From positions 1 through 20,524 of the IMG/VR virus record IMGVR_UViG_3300045988_000837: 20,524 bases of DNA. One strand, 5' to 3'. The notes beneath the pieces are model-generated. The model was given only the letters and a program-made list of their open reading frames with translations. It made no database searches and had not been told where the DNA came from. Within the stretch, counting starts at the first letter, position 1; each line of letters opens with the position of its first letter. A program made the translations under genes and the position numbers. Source of the DNA: a virus. This document shows, piece after piece, positions 1-8,145 of the stretch.

Positions 1-12
1 AAGCCCACCTCA

Positions 13-339
13 TTAGAGAGTGTTTTTAGCTGTATTGTATGCTGCTACCAAATCTTCTGTTTCAATGGCTGTGATACGATTACCAAATTCTGTAAGTTTA
101 GTAATAATACCAGAATCAACATTACCACCACCAGCGGCGATTTTATCAGCAAGCTCTTTAAGAGTATCAAGCTCTTCAGGAGCTCCACCAATAAGGTCGG
201 TTTTAGCTTGTGCAATTGCAGTGTTAAGTTGGTCTTGAGTGATGCCTTCCGAACCCTTATCAGCCTTTCCTGCTAGGGTTGTTTTAATTTCTTTGATATC
301 AGCACCCACTGCTTGGGCGAAATCATGTAGTTTACTCAT
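13..339 (-). CDS. Hypothetical 108-aa protein with a tail-fibre-stalk-like motif; function unknown
   Basis: Complete ORF. SD-like GAAAGGA lies 8 nt upstream of the ATG at 339, and the gene starts 13 nt after the upstream ORF. No TM segment. Contains LIGGAPEELDTLKELADKIA, an 'AP-x-x-LDTL-x-EL' type motif I recognise from phage tail-fibre stalks. The C-terminal ETEDLVAAYNTAKNTL resembles the C-terminus of the 149-aa neighbour. Confidence 0.75.
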   Translation of the reverse strand: MSKLHDFAQAVGADIKEIKTTLAGKADKGSEGITQDQLNTAIAQAKTDLIGGAPEELDTLKELADKIAAGGGNVDSGIITKLTEFGNRITAIETEDLVAAYNTAKNTL

Positions 340-352
340 TTATGTTTTCCTT

Positions 353-802
353 TCAAATTTTAGCTAGATTGTAGACGTTTACGAGGTCTTCTGTGGTATC
401 AGTGCCACTGATTAACCCAGAATCTCGCAATTCATCAGCTAGCAGTTTTAGTTTGGGGTCTTTCTTCGAGGGAATCGCACCGTCAAGATTAAGCGAACTC
501 TTAACTTTCACTTTGAAATTGTTAGATGGGAAGATATGCCCGTCTAGTTTAATCTCTAGGTAGTAAGTGCCAGTAGCTACCACACTACCCATTGAGAACG
601 AGAATGTCCCGTTTTCAACAGCAACATCTTGATAAAGTGCTACTGTTTCGTCATTGGAAAGTGTTAGCTTACCAGTTCCAGACAGCTCCATGCGTTTTCC
701 ATCGTAACCCAAAATTTCAAAACCAAATACGGAAGCGGTGTCCCCAGATTTGAGAACGTCACCTCCCTCGATTTGGTTAATAGAGGTCATGAGTTTAGCC
801 AT
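353..802 (-). CDS. Hypothetical 149-aa beta-rich protein, tentatively with a BppU_N/Ig-like fibre N-terminal domain; function unknown
   Basis: Complete ORF. SD GAGGA sits inside the 3' end of the upstream holin gene, 6 nt before the ATG at 802. The first ~105 aa alternate hydrophobic and polar residues (GTYYLEIKLDGHIFPSNNFKVKVKSSL), a pattern like the Ig-like N-domains of baseplate/fibre proteins. No catalytic lysin motifs and no TM segment that I can recognise. The domain call is from memory only. Confidence 0.75.
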   Translation of the reverse strand: MAKLMTSINQIEGGDVLKSGDTASVFGFEILGYDGKRMELSGTGKLTLSNDETVALYQDVAVENGTFSFSMGSVVATGTYYLEIKLDGHIFPSNNFKVKVKSSLNLDGAIPSKKDPKLKLLADELRDSGLISGTDTTEDLVNVYNLAKI

Positions 803-804
803 GG

Positions 805-1035
805 CTAGTCCTCACGAGGTTCGTTGTAGTTTAATGCTTGCTTACTGTCGGCGACACCCTTTGTTGTTGGGTCTGTAACGATTCCGAGGAGAACCAAGAT
901 CATCAATAGAGTATTGACACCCTCTTGGATATTGTGTGGAATCTCAAGCCCAAATTGTCCCAACATAACAAAAACCGCTGAGATAAGAGCTGCTAACGTA
1001 ACTTTGTTTTTTAGTCGCAATTTCAAATTAATCAT
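805..1035 (-). CDS. Holin, phi-LC3-family-like, class II with 2 TM segments (start trimmed to Met10 of the track ORF)
   Basis: MINLKLRLKNKVTLAALISAVFVMLGQFGL...LLMILVLLGIVTDPTTKGVADS matches my memory of lactococcal/streptococcal phi-LC3-type holins. A perfect SD AGGAGG (1045..1050) lies 9 nt upstream of the ATG at 1035. The ATG at 1062 has no SD. Confidence 0.85.
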   Translation of the reverse strand: MINLKLRLKNKVTLAALISAVFVMLGQFGLEIPHNIQEGVNTLLMILVLLGIVTDPTTKGVADSKQALNYNEPRED

Positions 1036-1468
1036 TTTCTGTTTCCTCCTTTTCTTCCTCATTTTTTGAGGTTAAATTAAATTTCTCTTTATCGATATTG
1101 TTCTTAACATACTTATCAAAGTATGGGATTTCCACCCCTAGAGCTGACAAACTAGCTAAGATACTAGAGCCGTATGCTGCAATCATTGCAAAGATAAATG
1201 TATCTAGGATACCGCCCAGATTCATGAAGGCTGCGAACGGATAGAAAATGGCTACAAATGTAATCATAGCCGTATGGCTGACTAGCCCTTTTCTAAATTT
1301 TGAGCTTGAAAACTCATGAGCGGCCCAAGCTCTGGACACGCCGATGATGATATCACTGAAAATGATAATCATGAGCAGGAACACCCATAAATGCTCATCG
1401 ATACCATGTGCGTAGAAGTCTCTGACCACATCGAAAACACCAAAAATGCCGTCTGGTTTCTGTACCAT
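1028..1468 (-). CDS. Holin, Phage_holin_4_1 / Hol44-like, about 3 TM segments with an acidic C-terminal tail
   Basis: Three hydrophobic segments: LWVFLLMIIIFSDIIIGV, AMITFVAIFYPFAAFM and ILDTFIFAMIAAYGSSILASL. Charged tail KNEEEKEETEND. Sits directly upstream of a second holin, as in streptococcal phages. TAATG start/stop overlap with the upstream gene at 1468. Confidence 0.85.
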   Translation of the reverse strand: MVQKPDGIFGVFDVVRDFYAHGIDEHLWVFLLMIIIFSDIIIGVSRAWAAHEFSSSKFRKGLVSHTAMITFVAIFYPFAAFMNLGGILDTFIFAMIAAYGSSILASLSALGVEIPYFDKYVKNNIDKEKFNLTSKNEEEKEETEND

Positions 1469-2067
1469 TAACCCTCCTTCGGTCTAAATACCCATGCAGT
1501 AGCAACCCCATTGTTTTCGAGTTTGCCACCTTTTGCAAAGTCAGCGAATGGCTGGTTTTCGTAAGCGAAAGACCCGTTAACTTGGATAAGTACCAACTTG
1601 CCTTCTCCGTCTAATTCTTCGTGACTAGGGTCTTCGATAGCGAAGATGTCGCCAGCGTTGAATACATTGCCTGTTTTAGCGACTGGCAACAATTCCAAAT
1701 ATTGCTTGTAGATTGTGCCATACTGGATATTCTGGCTCATTACCGCATTGAGGATGGACACGTTGGCAATTTTACGAGTCAATTCGCCTTGTTCAGCGAC
1801 TTTCTCAGCCAAATTCAAGCGATTGTCAAGGTCTTTGATAGATTCCTCTGACTTAGCTTGATAGCGTGCCAAAGCTCCGGCAGGGTCCAACTCAGTCGTT
1901 AAGATGTCCAAGATAAGCTGGACTTTAGCTTCATCCGTCTTGCTTGTGTGGTCGCCTGGAACGTCTCGTGTCAACCACGTCGAGCCATCTTTGGACTGGA
2001 TGGCGATCCTTGTAGTTGTTGGATTGGTCAGATAACTCGATGTGACACTGAAATTAGACTTATTCAT
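1468..2067 (-). CDS. Conserved streptococcal-phage protein (DUF1366-like position and size); function unknown
   Basis: 199-aa ORF. SD AAAGGAG lies 6 nt upstream of the ATG, with an 8-nt overlap onto the upstream ORF. It occupies the slot immediately before the holins, as the DUF1366 ORFs do in Sfi11-type and pyogenic-group prophages. The family assignment is from memory and tentative. Confidence 0.7.
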   Translation of the reverse strand: MNKSNFSVTSSYLTNPTTTRIAIQSKDGSTWLTRDVPGDHTSKTDEAKVQLILDILTTELDPAGALARYQAKSEESIKDLDNRLNLAEKVAEQGELTRKIANVSILNAVMSQNIQYGTIYKQYLELLPVAKTGNVFNAGDIFAIEDPSHEELDGEGKLVLIQVNGSFAYENQPFADFAKGGKLENNGVATAWVFRPKEG

Positions 2068-2281
2068 TAGTCGCTCCTTTCTGTGCTACCTCATCGAAGA
2101 GGTCGTTAAGGTCTGAATCAGACGCTAGTACATTTTGATAATGCTCTAGTTGCGATTTGACCTGCTCCAGTTCGCTAACTGTCGACTGCAAGCGAGCCTT
2201 AAACTCAGCTTTTTCAATCGTCAAATTAGCGTTCTGACTTGCGATATCTTGAATCATTGAAGTGTAAATTTGTTCGTTCAT
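2060..2281 (-). CDS. Small (73-aa) coiled-coil protein of unknown function
   Basis: SD AAGGAG lies 5 nt upstream of the ATG at 2281. Heptad-like sequence (LTIEKAEFKARLQSTVSELEQVKSQLEHYQNVL). No TM segment, so it is not XhlA-like. Confidence 0.7.
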   Translation of the reverse strand: MNEQIYTSMIQDIASQNANLTIEKAEFKARLQSTVSELEQVKSQLEHYQNVLASDSDLNDLFDEVAQKGATNE

Positions 2282-2292
2282 TAGTTCTCCTT

Positions 2293-5200
2293 TTACAATA
2301 CCGGCATGTGGATACCGTAGTTATTGTAACCATGCTGGATGAGTGTTTTGAGCTCGGTTGGCATTTTAATATTCCCTTCGAAGTGCTTGAACATCCGCCA
2401 AACCGCAGCGAGAGACTCGGTGATATTGATAGCCCCGGTGCTAAAATCCTTACCGTTTTTTGGTGTTGCAAACTGCACTGACCAAATCTGTGAGTCTTTT
2501 TCCATCATGCCCGGACGAAGTCGCTGCGTTACAGCATCTAAATCCCATCCGTCGTTAGTAAACGTATGTCTAAAATATGTTCTATCACCGTAGAGATGCA
2601 ATGTATCGATGTCGTTGTTAGTGTTGTTTTGGATGACAACACCAGAGAACGTCGTAGCATTGTAAACGTCTGTCCCATCACGGTTTGAGCCGATAATGGT
2701 TTTTGAGCGATGGTTCCCTTGGTCGATACTTGTTTCGTATCTGATAAACTGTGCAGGATATCCGGGTTGAACACGTCTGATTGAAGCGGTATCTGCTCCC
2801 ATTTGAAGGTAGTTGTTATTCAAATCAAAGAACATTGAACCATTTAATGACTCAATACGACCCCCTCGATAGTTCAAACCGGTAAACGTACCGCTTGTGA
2901 TGCTTGAAGCGTTTAGGTTAACGACGTCAACGAGTGAAGCGTTTAAACGCCCGCTAGTGATTTTACTTGCTGACAGTTCACCGATTTTAGCTGAGCTAAT
3001 AACACCATCTTCGATGTAGGTAGAGCCAGTGATTTGAACCAATTTACCGTCGATTTTGACCGAGCCGTCTTTATTGAGATTGATTTGGTTAAGCACATCA
3101 CCGGACCTTGTTAGGTTCTTGACTGCCCATGAACCTGCAATCTGGGACATTTCGGATTTAGTAGCTTCTAACCCAGTGCCTAACTTGTCTAATTGCTTAT
3201 TAGTAACACCGAGATTAAACGACCACTTGTCCTCTAGGTTCTCCACCTTCCAAACTGTACCCTTGGCCTCTTGGATAATCTGAGAAATAGACTGCCCATG
3301 TTCGCCAATGGTGCGGCTGAAACCGTCAACGGTAGACTTAATTTCATTGAATTTAACTGTGACTTCTTGGCTTGCGTCTTTTGGCGACGGTTGCCAAGCA
3401 CGGTCCATAGTCCCCTCGTAGCAGTCAAGTTCTGTGAAGAATAACATCGACTGACTGCCATTGGTCGTACCCGTGTTATCAATACGGATGAAACCTTCAT
3501 CACATTCGCCCGAATTGAAGGTCAGATGCCACTTAGCCAATCCCGTTGTTGACGGTGAGCCGTTGTGCGATTTGAACTTGACTACCTTAGTGAATGTTTT
3601 ATTCGTTTCATTCGACTTACGACCAAGGAAGTAGATATCTACACCTTTGATGTTACCAGTGGCGAATGATTGGATATTGAACGAATAATCAGTGTTGCGT
3701 TTGACTGGGAAACGTAGCGTAGAAGCTGGGAGTGATGATGATACTCTTAGCAAAAACAGTGGTCTAGCGCCGTTGTAGTAAAAAACATGACTTGAAATAG
3801 ATAGATTAGCATTTGGCTGTGGCACTTCCCAGAATCCCCAATTCTCGAGGTTCTCTGGGAATGCTGAGTTAACGATCAGATTCTCACCACCGGTTGAAAG
3901 TGTATCGACTGACGGAATTTGTTTCTTGACCTCGCTGATAAGTTGAGTTGTCCCTTGTTCAGACTGTTGGATAAGGTTAGTTACAGCTGTAGCCGTCGCA
4001 AAACCTTTGTTATCAACGAGCCTATTGACGTCAGACTCTTTCAAAAAGCCTTTGTTATCAATAGCACTGTCTAGGTCAACCCTAGAGAGTTTAGTTTCAA
4101 TCTTTCCAGCTAACGTGTTGATCTGTGTTTCAGCGTTAGTGACTTTATTTCCAAGACTGTCGAAGTCAACCCTTGAAACTTTTTGAGCGATAGAATCTGC
4201 TGTAACACGTAATTCTGCATTAGTCTGGTTAATTTTACGCTCTAATTCTTGGCCTTTGGACGCTGCACTGTCAGCCGTAGCTTTGACCGCTTGAACTTCT
4301 GTCCGGTCTGCTTTCAAACTGATTTTGTTATCGGTCTGAGTGATTGCGGTACTATTAGCCGCCACGCTCTTAGACAGCTTGTCAAAATCAGTCTTCGATA
4401 CCTTCGACGATACTTCACCCACTAATTGATTAACCTTAGTTTCAGCGTTAGTCATGCGGCTATCTGTTTCAGATTGTTTCTGTGATAGCTGACTGACACC
4501 CTGCTCGGTCTGTGTAATCGTCGTTTTAACCGTGCTAATTTCAGCTTCGGTATCTTCTGGTGCTACTGTATGTTGCAAGGGAATGAGTGTCCCTCTGACA
4601 AGCATAGGTGGTCTGATTTTCAAATAGCCGTTTCTAACAACTGTAATGTAGAACGGCCACTCACCGAGAGCGATGTCTTTGCCGGCAGTAAAAATCAATT
4701 TAACGTCAAACCACTCATTATTGACGTCTGTCGGGATGTTGAACGCAAACAGATTGTCATTGTTTTTGTGATTCTTGATGATAATCATAGCGCCACGGTC
4801 AATATCTACGCCGCTATCGATGTATACCGGGACCAAGAGCGAGAATGTTTCACCGGCTTTAATTTCCGTAATAGCCATGTTCCATGAGATACCGCCGTAA
4901 ACGTCACTCAAATAGCTGTGAGACTTGATTAGGAACGATTGCCCATCAGCAGTAGTAGTAGTATTCCCACTCCCTCCGGGTTGTCGGTGTAGATTCTCGA
5001 AATCTGCTGATTTCAAAATCAAGTTACGGTTTCCAAAGTCAGTCGGAATCTTGCTGTCCACACGGCTAATCTCAGTAGTGATTTTATTTCCTAGTTGCGT
5101 GATTGAGCTTTCAGCCGTCGCTAGTCGCTGAGTAGCATTGTTAAAATCACTGGTTTTTACTCGTTGGCTAATCTCGTTAGCTTGTTGAGTGATACGACTT

Positions 5201-7335
5201 TCAGCGTTGATTACTCGATTATTGACATTGTCAAGCTCTTGTTTGTTAGCTTTGGACGCAATCATGTCCGCTTGTTGCGTGATAGAAGTTTCAGCACGAT
5301 TCACACGCCCTGTGAGCGTGTCTACATCCTGCTTGTTGGCTTTCTGGTTGATTTGTCCAGCTTGCACTGTCAATGAGCTCTCAGCTTTGTTTAGACGTCC
5401 AGAAACAGCATTGACATCCTCTTTGCTAGCTTTGGCTGAAATCTGCCCTGCTTGCTGCGTCAAAATCGTCTCAGCATTGGACACACGCTGGCTGACCTTG
5501 TCGACATCTTGTTTGCTAGCTACTGAAATGAGAGCGTTATTGATTTTGGCAAACTGTACTGACGTATCGTTTGACAACGTACCGATAGAACCCTTTAGGG
5601 CTTCCACCTTCTTTTCAGTCTCAGATAGATCCGTGTTTAATGTACTTTTAGCGTTGTCGACTAGCTTGACGGCTTCTGAAAGTGCATCTTTTTTAGATGC
5701 AGCAATCTTCTTTTCTGTCTCTGTACGCTCAACGCTGTCCAAGTAACGAGCTTCTGCGATAGCTTCGCTCTTAATGTCGTTTAGGCGGCCAAAAGCGTCC
5801 TCTGCGGTTGATTTGGCTGAACTAGCTAACGTTTCCGCATTAGTAGCCTTGGCTGTGATTTCAGCAACCACTCTGTCGTGTTCTGATTGCTGTTTAGCCA
5901 TGTTAGCTGCGACTTTTTCAAACTCTTTCTTGATTTTGTCTTGAAGTCCTGTACCGTCCCACGTTCTCAATACCTCTTGCCACATTTCACCGGTCCAGCG
6001 ATACATGATAGTGTGTCCTTCGTGTTCTGGGTCCGGTTTGTACCAAGAATCATTAATTAAGACTTGTCCCGGGTGGGATTCTGTTGGGTCAGTGCTTGTG
6101 TACCAGTTATGGTTAAAACCATTAGCTGACGGGATAAACTCTGGAAGTTTCTTGACAAACTCAGTGAACTCACCAGCTTTAAACTCGTCGAGTGCTTTGT
6201 TGACGGTACTCTGTACCTTTGCATCGTTGCTTTCGCTAACACGGTCCCCTAGCTTGATGTCGCTAGATTCGTTGTTTAAGCGATTGAACGTGATTTCAAA
6301 GATACGTGTATCGTAGTCAAGGTGCCTGTCATGTCGGACTACTCGGATAGTATCACCGATTTGGACGCCTTTAAGATAAACCGTTGACGTTTTAAGTGTC
6401 AGTTTAGGTCTTGATGACTCAATCAAAGCCTCGTAAGTCTGCTTGATAAGCTCATTTTTGTCTTCTTCCTCGCTAAACTCGACAAAGCCAATCTTTGGGC
6501 GCATCTTGCCGTCTGGTTGTTTAATGCCGTATTTAGCGGTCATTTCTGGAATTTCAAGGTATTTCTGACCAAGGGGCTTGTCTAGTGGATCCCCTTTGGC
6601 TTTCGACCAGACAATTTCCTCAAAGTTGATTTTGCGTCCGTAACCGTCAGCGTCTTTTCCGGTATCTTCCGCTGAGCTGACTTGTTCCCCCTTACCACGG
6701 CCAACCAAGGCGGTGTATAGGTTCGTCTTTTCAACCTCTTGCAGAATTTCAAGGGCGTTATGTCCATAAACCACACGCTTTCCGACGGCTTCACCTATTT
6801 TGCGCTTAAAATCAATATATCTAGCGCCAATCTGACTACCGTTCATTTCAACAAAGAACTGCATTTCTAAGCCCCACACCTTGCACACTTTTTTCAAAGC
6901 ATCAAATGTGGAAATGTAATAGAAATTGGTACTCTTTGGGTTTGTTTCAGCAATAAACCGAGGGGACCAGTTCGTCCCAGTTAAAAGCCATTCAATAACC
7001 GGTCTAGCACGTTGGTCTGTCGGGCGCTTGTCGTAAACGACTGTCTTGCGTAGCTCCTCAATGCCAGACTGAACACCGATAAGCGTTGTGATATCCCCTT
7101 TGGTGTTACCTTGGGCAATATAGAAGTAATGGAATTTATGGGTATCGTCAATTGACTGAATAGCCATGTATTCCAGTTTTGCCAGTTCGTCGTCCTTCAA
7201 GGCTTTCATTTCGACAGTCAAGCGGTCTGAAACGTAATTTTCAGTGGTAAGACTGAATTTTTGCAATGCCGTCTTAATGGCAGGCTTGCGAATAATCTTG
7301 ATAAGTTTTTCGTCCTTATCGAATAAATAGATCAT
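2293..7335 (-). CDS. tal: Tail-associated lysin-type / host-specificity protein (Tal; 'phage minor structural protein'), 1680 aa, modular
   Basis: The N-terminal ~380 aa (MIYLFDKDEKLIKII...GLEMQFFVEMNG...ALVGRGKG) match the prophage-tail endopeptidase / minor-structural-protein N-terminal family that follows Dit. Downstream come coiled-coil repeats, two beta-rich modules opening with NLILKSADFENL and ENLIVNSAFPENLENW (CBM-like openings), and a gp58-like SAKIGELSASKITSGRL region. ATGA overlap with Dit. Confidence 0.9.
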   Translation of the reverse strand: MIYLFDKDEKLIKIIRKPAIKTALQKFSLTTENYVSDRLTVEMKALKDDELAKLEYMAIQSIDDTHKFHYFYIAQGNTKGDITTLIGVQSGIEELRKTVVYDKRPTDQRARPVIEWLLTGTNWSPRFIAETNPKSTNFYYISTFDALKKVCKVWGLEMQFFVEMNGSQIGARYIDFKRKIGEAVGKRVVYGHNALEILQEVEKTNLYTALVGRGKGEQVSSAEDTGKDADGYGRKINFEEIVWSKAKGDPLDKPLGQKYLEIPEMTAKYGIKQPDGKMRPKIGFVEFSEEEDKNELIKQTYEALIESSRPKLTLKTSTVYLKGVQIGDTIRVVRHDRHLDYDTRIFEITFNRLNNESSDIKLGDRVSESNDAKVQSTVNKALDEFKAGEFTEFVKKLPEFIPSANGFNHNWYTSTDPTESHPGQVLINDSWYKPDPEHEGHTIMYRWTGEMWQEVLRTWDGTGLQDKIKKEFEKVAANMAKQQSEHDRVVAEITAKATNAETLASSAKSTAEDAFGRLNDIKSEAIAEARYLDSVERTETEKKIAASKKDALSEAVKLVDNAKSTLNTDLSETEKKVEALKGSIGTLSNDTSVQFAKINNALISVASKQDVDKVSQRVSNAETILTQQAGQISAKASKEDVNAVSGRLNKAESSLTVQAGQINQKANKQDVDTLTGRVNRAETSITQQADMIASKANKQELDNVNNRVINAESRITQQANEISQRVKTSDFNNATQRLATAESSITQLGNKITTEISRVDSKIPTDFGNRNLILKSADFENLHRQPGGSGNTTTTADGQSFLIKSHSYLSDVYGGISWNMAITEIKAGETFSLLVPVYIDSGVDIDRGAMIIIKNHKNNDNLFAFNIPTDVNNEWFDVKLIFTAGKDIALGEWPFYITVVRNGYLKIRPPMLVRGTLIPLQHTVAPEDTEAEISTVKTTITQTEQGVSQLSQKQSETDSRMTNAETKVNQLVGEVSSKVSKTDFDKLSKSVAANSTAITQTDNKISLKADRTEVQAVKATADSAASKGQELERKINQTNAELRVTADSIAQKVSRVDFDSLGNKVTNAETQINTLAGKIETKLSRVDLDSAIDNKGFLKESDVNRLVDNKGFATATAVTNLIQQSEQGTTQLISEVKKQIPSVDTLSTGGENLIVNSAFPENLENWGFWEVPQPNANLSISSHVFYYNGARPLFLLRVSSSLPASTLRFPVKRNTDYSFNIQSFATGNIKGVDIYFLGRKSNETNKTFTKVVKFKSHNGSPSTTGLAKWHLTFNSGECDEGFIRIDNTGTTNGSQSMLFFTELDCYEGTMDRAWQPSPKDASQEVTVKFNEIKSTVDGFSRTIGEHGQSISQIIQEAKGTVWKVENLEDKWSFNLGVTNKQLDKLGTGLEATKSEMSQIAGSWAVKNLTRSGDVLNQINLNKDGSVKIDGKLVQITGSTYIEDGVISSAKIGELSASKITSGRLNASLVDVVNLNASSITSGTFTGLNYRGGRIESLNGSMFFDLNNNYLQMGADTASIRRVQPGYPAQFIRYETSIDQGNHRSKTIIGSNRDGTDVYNATTFSGVVIQNNTNNDIDTLHLYGDRTYFRHTFTNDGWDLDAVTQRLRPGMMEKDSQIWSVQFATPKNGKDFSTGAINITESLAAVWRMFKHFEGNIKMPTELKTLIQHGYNNYGIHMPVL
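5047..5496 (-). repeat. Five in-frame tandem 90-bp (30-aa) repeats inside tal (residues 614-763)
   Basis: The five units are VSQRVSNAETILTQQAGQISAKASKEDVNA, VSGRLNKAESSLTVQAGQINQKANKQDVDT, LTGRVNRAETSITQQADMIASKANKQELDN, VNNRVINAESRITQQANEISQRVKTSDFNN and ATQRLATAESSITQLGNKITTEISRVDSKI. The periodicity is also visible in the DNA (ttcagc-N-ac motifs every ~90 nt). Confidence 0.85.
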
Positions 7336-8123
7336 AGACTTTCATCCCTCCACTGCACTTCACGAATCGCTACGTTTTTCCCGCTCAATCTGTCCCCGTC
7401 TTTCACATAAAACTGCTCAAGTGGGCTAAATCGCTGTAATTCACTTAGGATATTGCGACCATCATAAGTAGCAGTCACTTCTTCGTCGCCAAATTTAATG
7501 ACAATTTCCTTATTAGCTGCATAACTACCCTTAAACGATAGCTTGGTTTGACCGTTGATGATTTCAAATTCTGTTGCCGCTGTAGATGTCATGGCTACAA
7601 TCTTCTCAGGTATTACCTTCTTAGCGTAAGTTAGATAAACAACACCGTTAGAGCGCTCTGGGACCCGCTTCTTATAGCCGTCTGGAACTAACAACACAAA
7701 GCTGCTAACAATTGAAAGTCTGTCTTCCTCCACCTCCTCCGCTTCTTTAAAAATAGCGTAATAAGTGAAATCTGGCTCATCATCAAAGGTTACTTCGAGA
7801 TAGCCGCTAGGGCCTACTTCTCTCAAGATGCGGTTTAGCTCTCGGAAAGAGGTCCTCATGACTTGGCTGGTGACTGTCGTTAACTGATACTTAACTTCAA
7901 TCTCACGCTCTGAGTCATTGACGCTGTCCACCCAGACACCACGGCGTCCAGGAACACGAGTAGTTGAAATTTCACGATTGAGCAATGAACGACCTTTGAC
8001 CGTAAGTTGTCGATACCCTTGGATGATATCTTCTATAGGCGTACCGTTGATACGCATGTTATCAACCGGCGCTCTTTGCAGCACCGTTGATTCCGTGCGC
8101 TTCAATGAAGCATAATCATACAT
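7332..8123 (-). CDS. dit: Distal tail protein (Dit, Sipho_tail family), classical size
   Basis: 263 aa, positioned between TMP and Tal. INGTPIEDI...LLNREISTTRVPGRRGVWVDSVNDSEREIEVKYQL fits the siphophage tail-family pattern. ATGA overlap with tal. Confidence 0.85.
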   Translation of the reverse strand: MYDYASLKRTESTVLQRAPVDNMRINGTPIEDIIQGYRQLTVKGRSLLNREISTTRVPGRRGVWVDSVNDSEREIEVKYQLTTVTSQVMRTSFRELNRILREVGPSGYLEVTFDDEPDFTYYAIFKEAEEVEEDRLSIVSSFVLLVPDGYKKRVPERSNGVVYLTYAKKVIPEKIVAMTSTAATEFEIINGQTKLSFKGSYAANKEIVIKFGDEEVTATYDGRNILSELQRFSPLEQFYVKDGDRLSGKNVAIREVQWRDESL

Positions 8124-8145
8124 TAGCTAAAACCTCTTTTCTCTC

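Noticed and set aside
2226-2471. Minus-strand nested or out-of-frame ORFs (2226..2471, 2538..2774, 3234..3503, 8313..8540, 8915..9220, 11162..11392, 13840..14052, 14837..15115, 17222..17554 and others)
   Set aside because: All lie in alternative frames inside long, family-recognisable genes. They lack SDs and have Cys/Arg/Ser-heavy compositions typical of off-frame translation.
5189-5746. 185-aa plus-strand ORF with its own internal repeats, antisense to tal
   Set aside because: It lies exactly over the 90-bp tandem coding repeats of tal. Its periodicity mirrors the sense-strand repeat. It is Cys/Leu/Ser-rich low complexity, has no SD and is fully embedded in a well-supported minus-strand gene. 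The long stop-free antisense frame is a by-product of the repeat and its codon bias.
2293-7335. Hyaluronidase (HylP) or collagen-like Gly-X-Y tracts in the tail fibre or Tal, as in S. pyogenes and S. thermophilus phages
   Set aside because: No Gly-X-Y runs are present. The repeats are alpha-helical coiled-coil type, and I see no similarity to the HylP triple-beta-helix sequence as I remember it.
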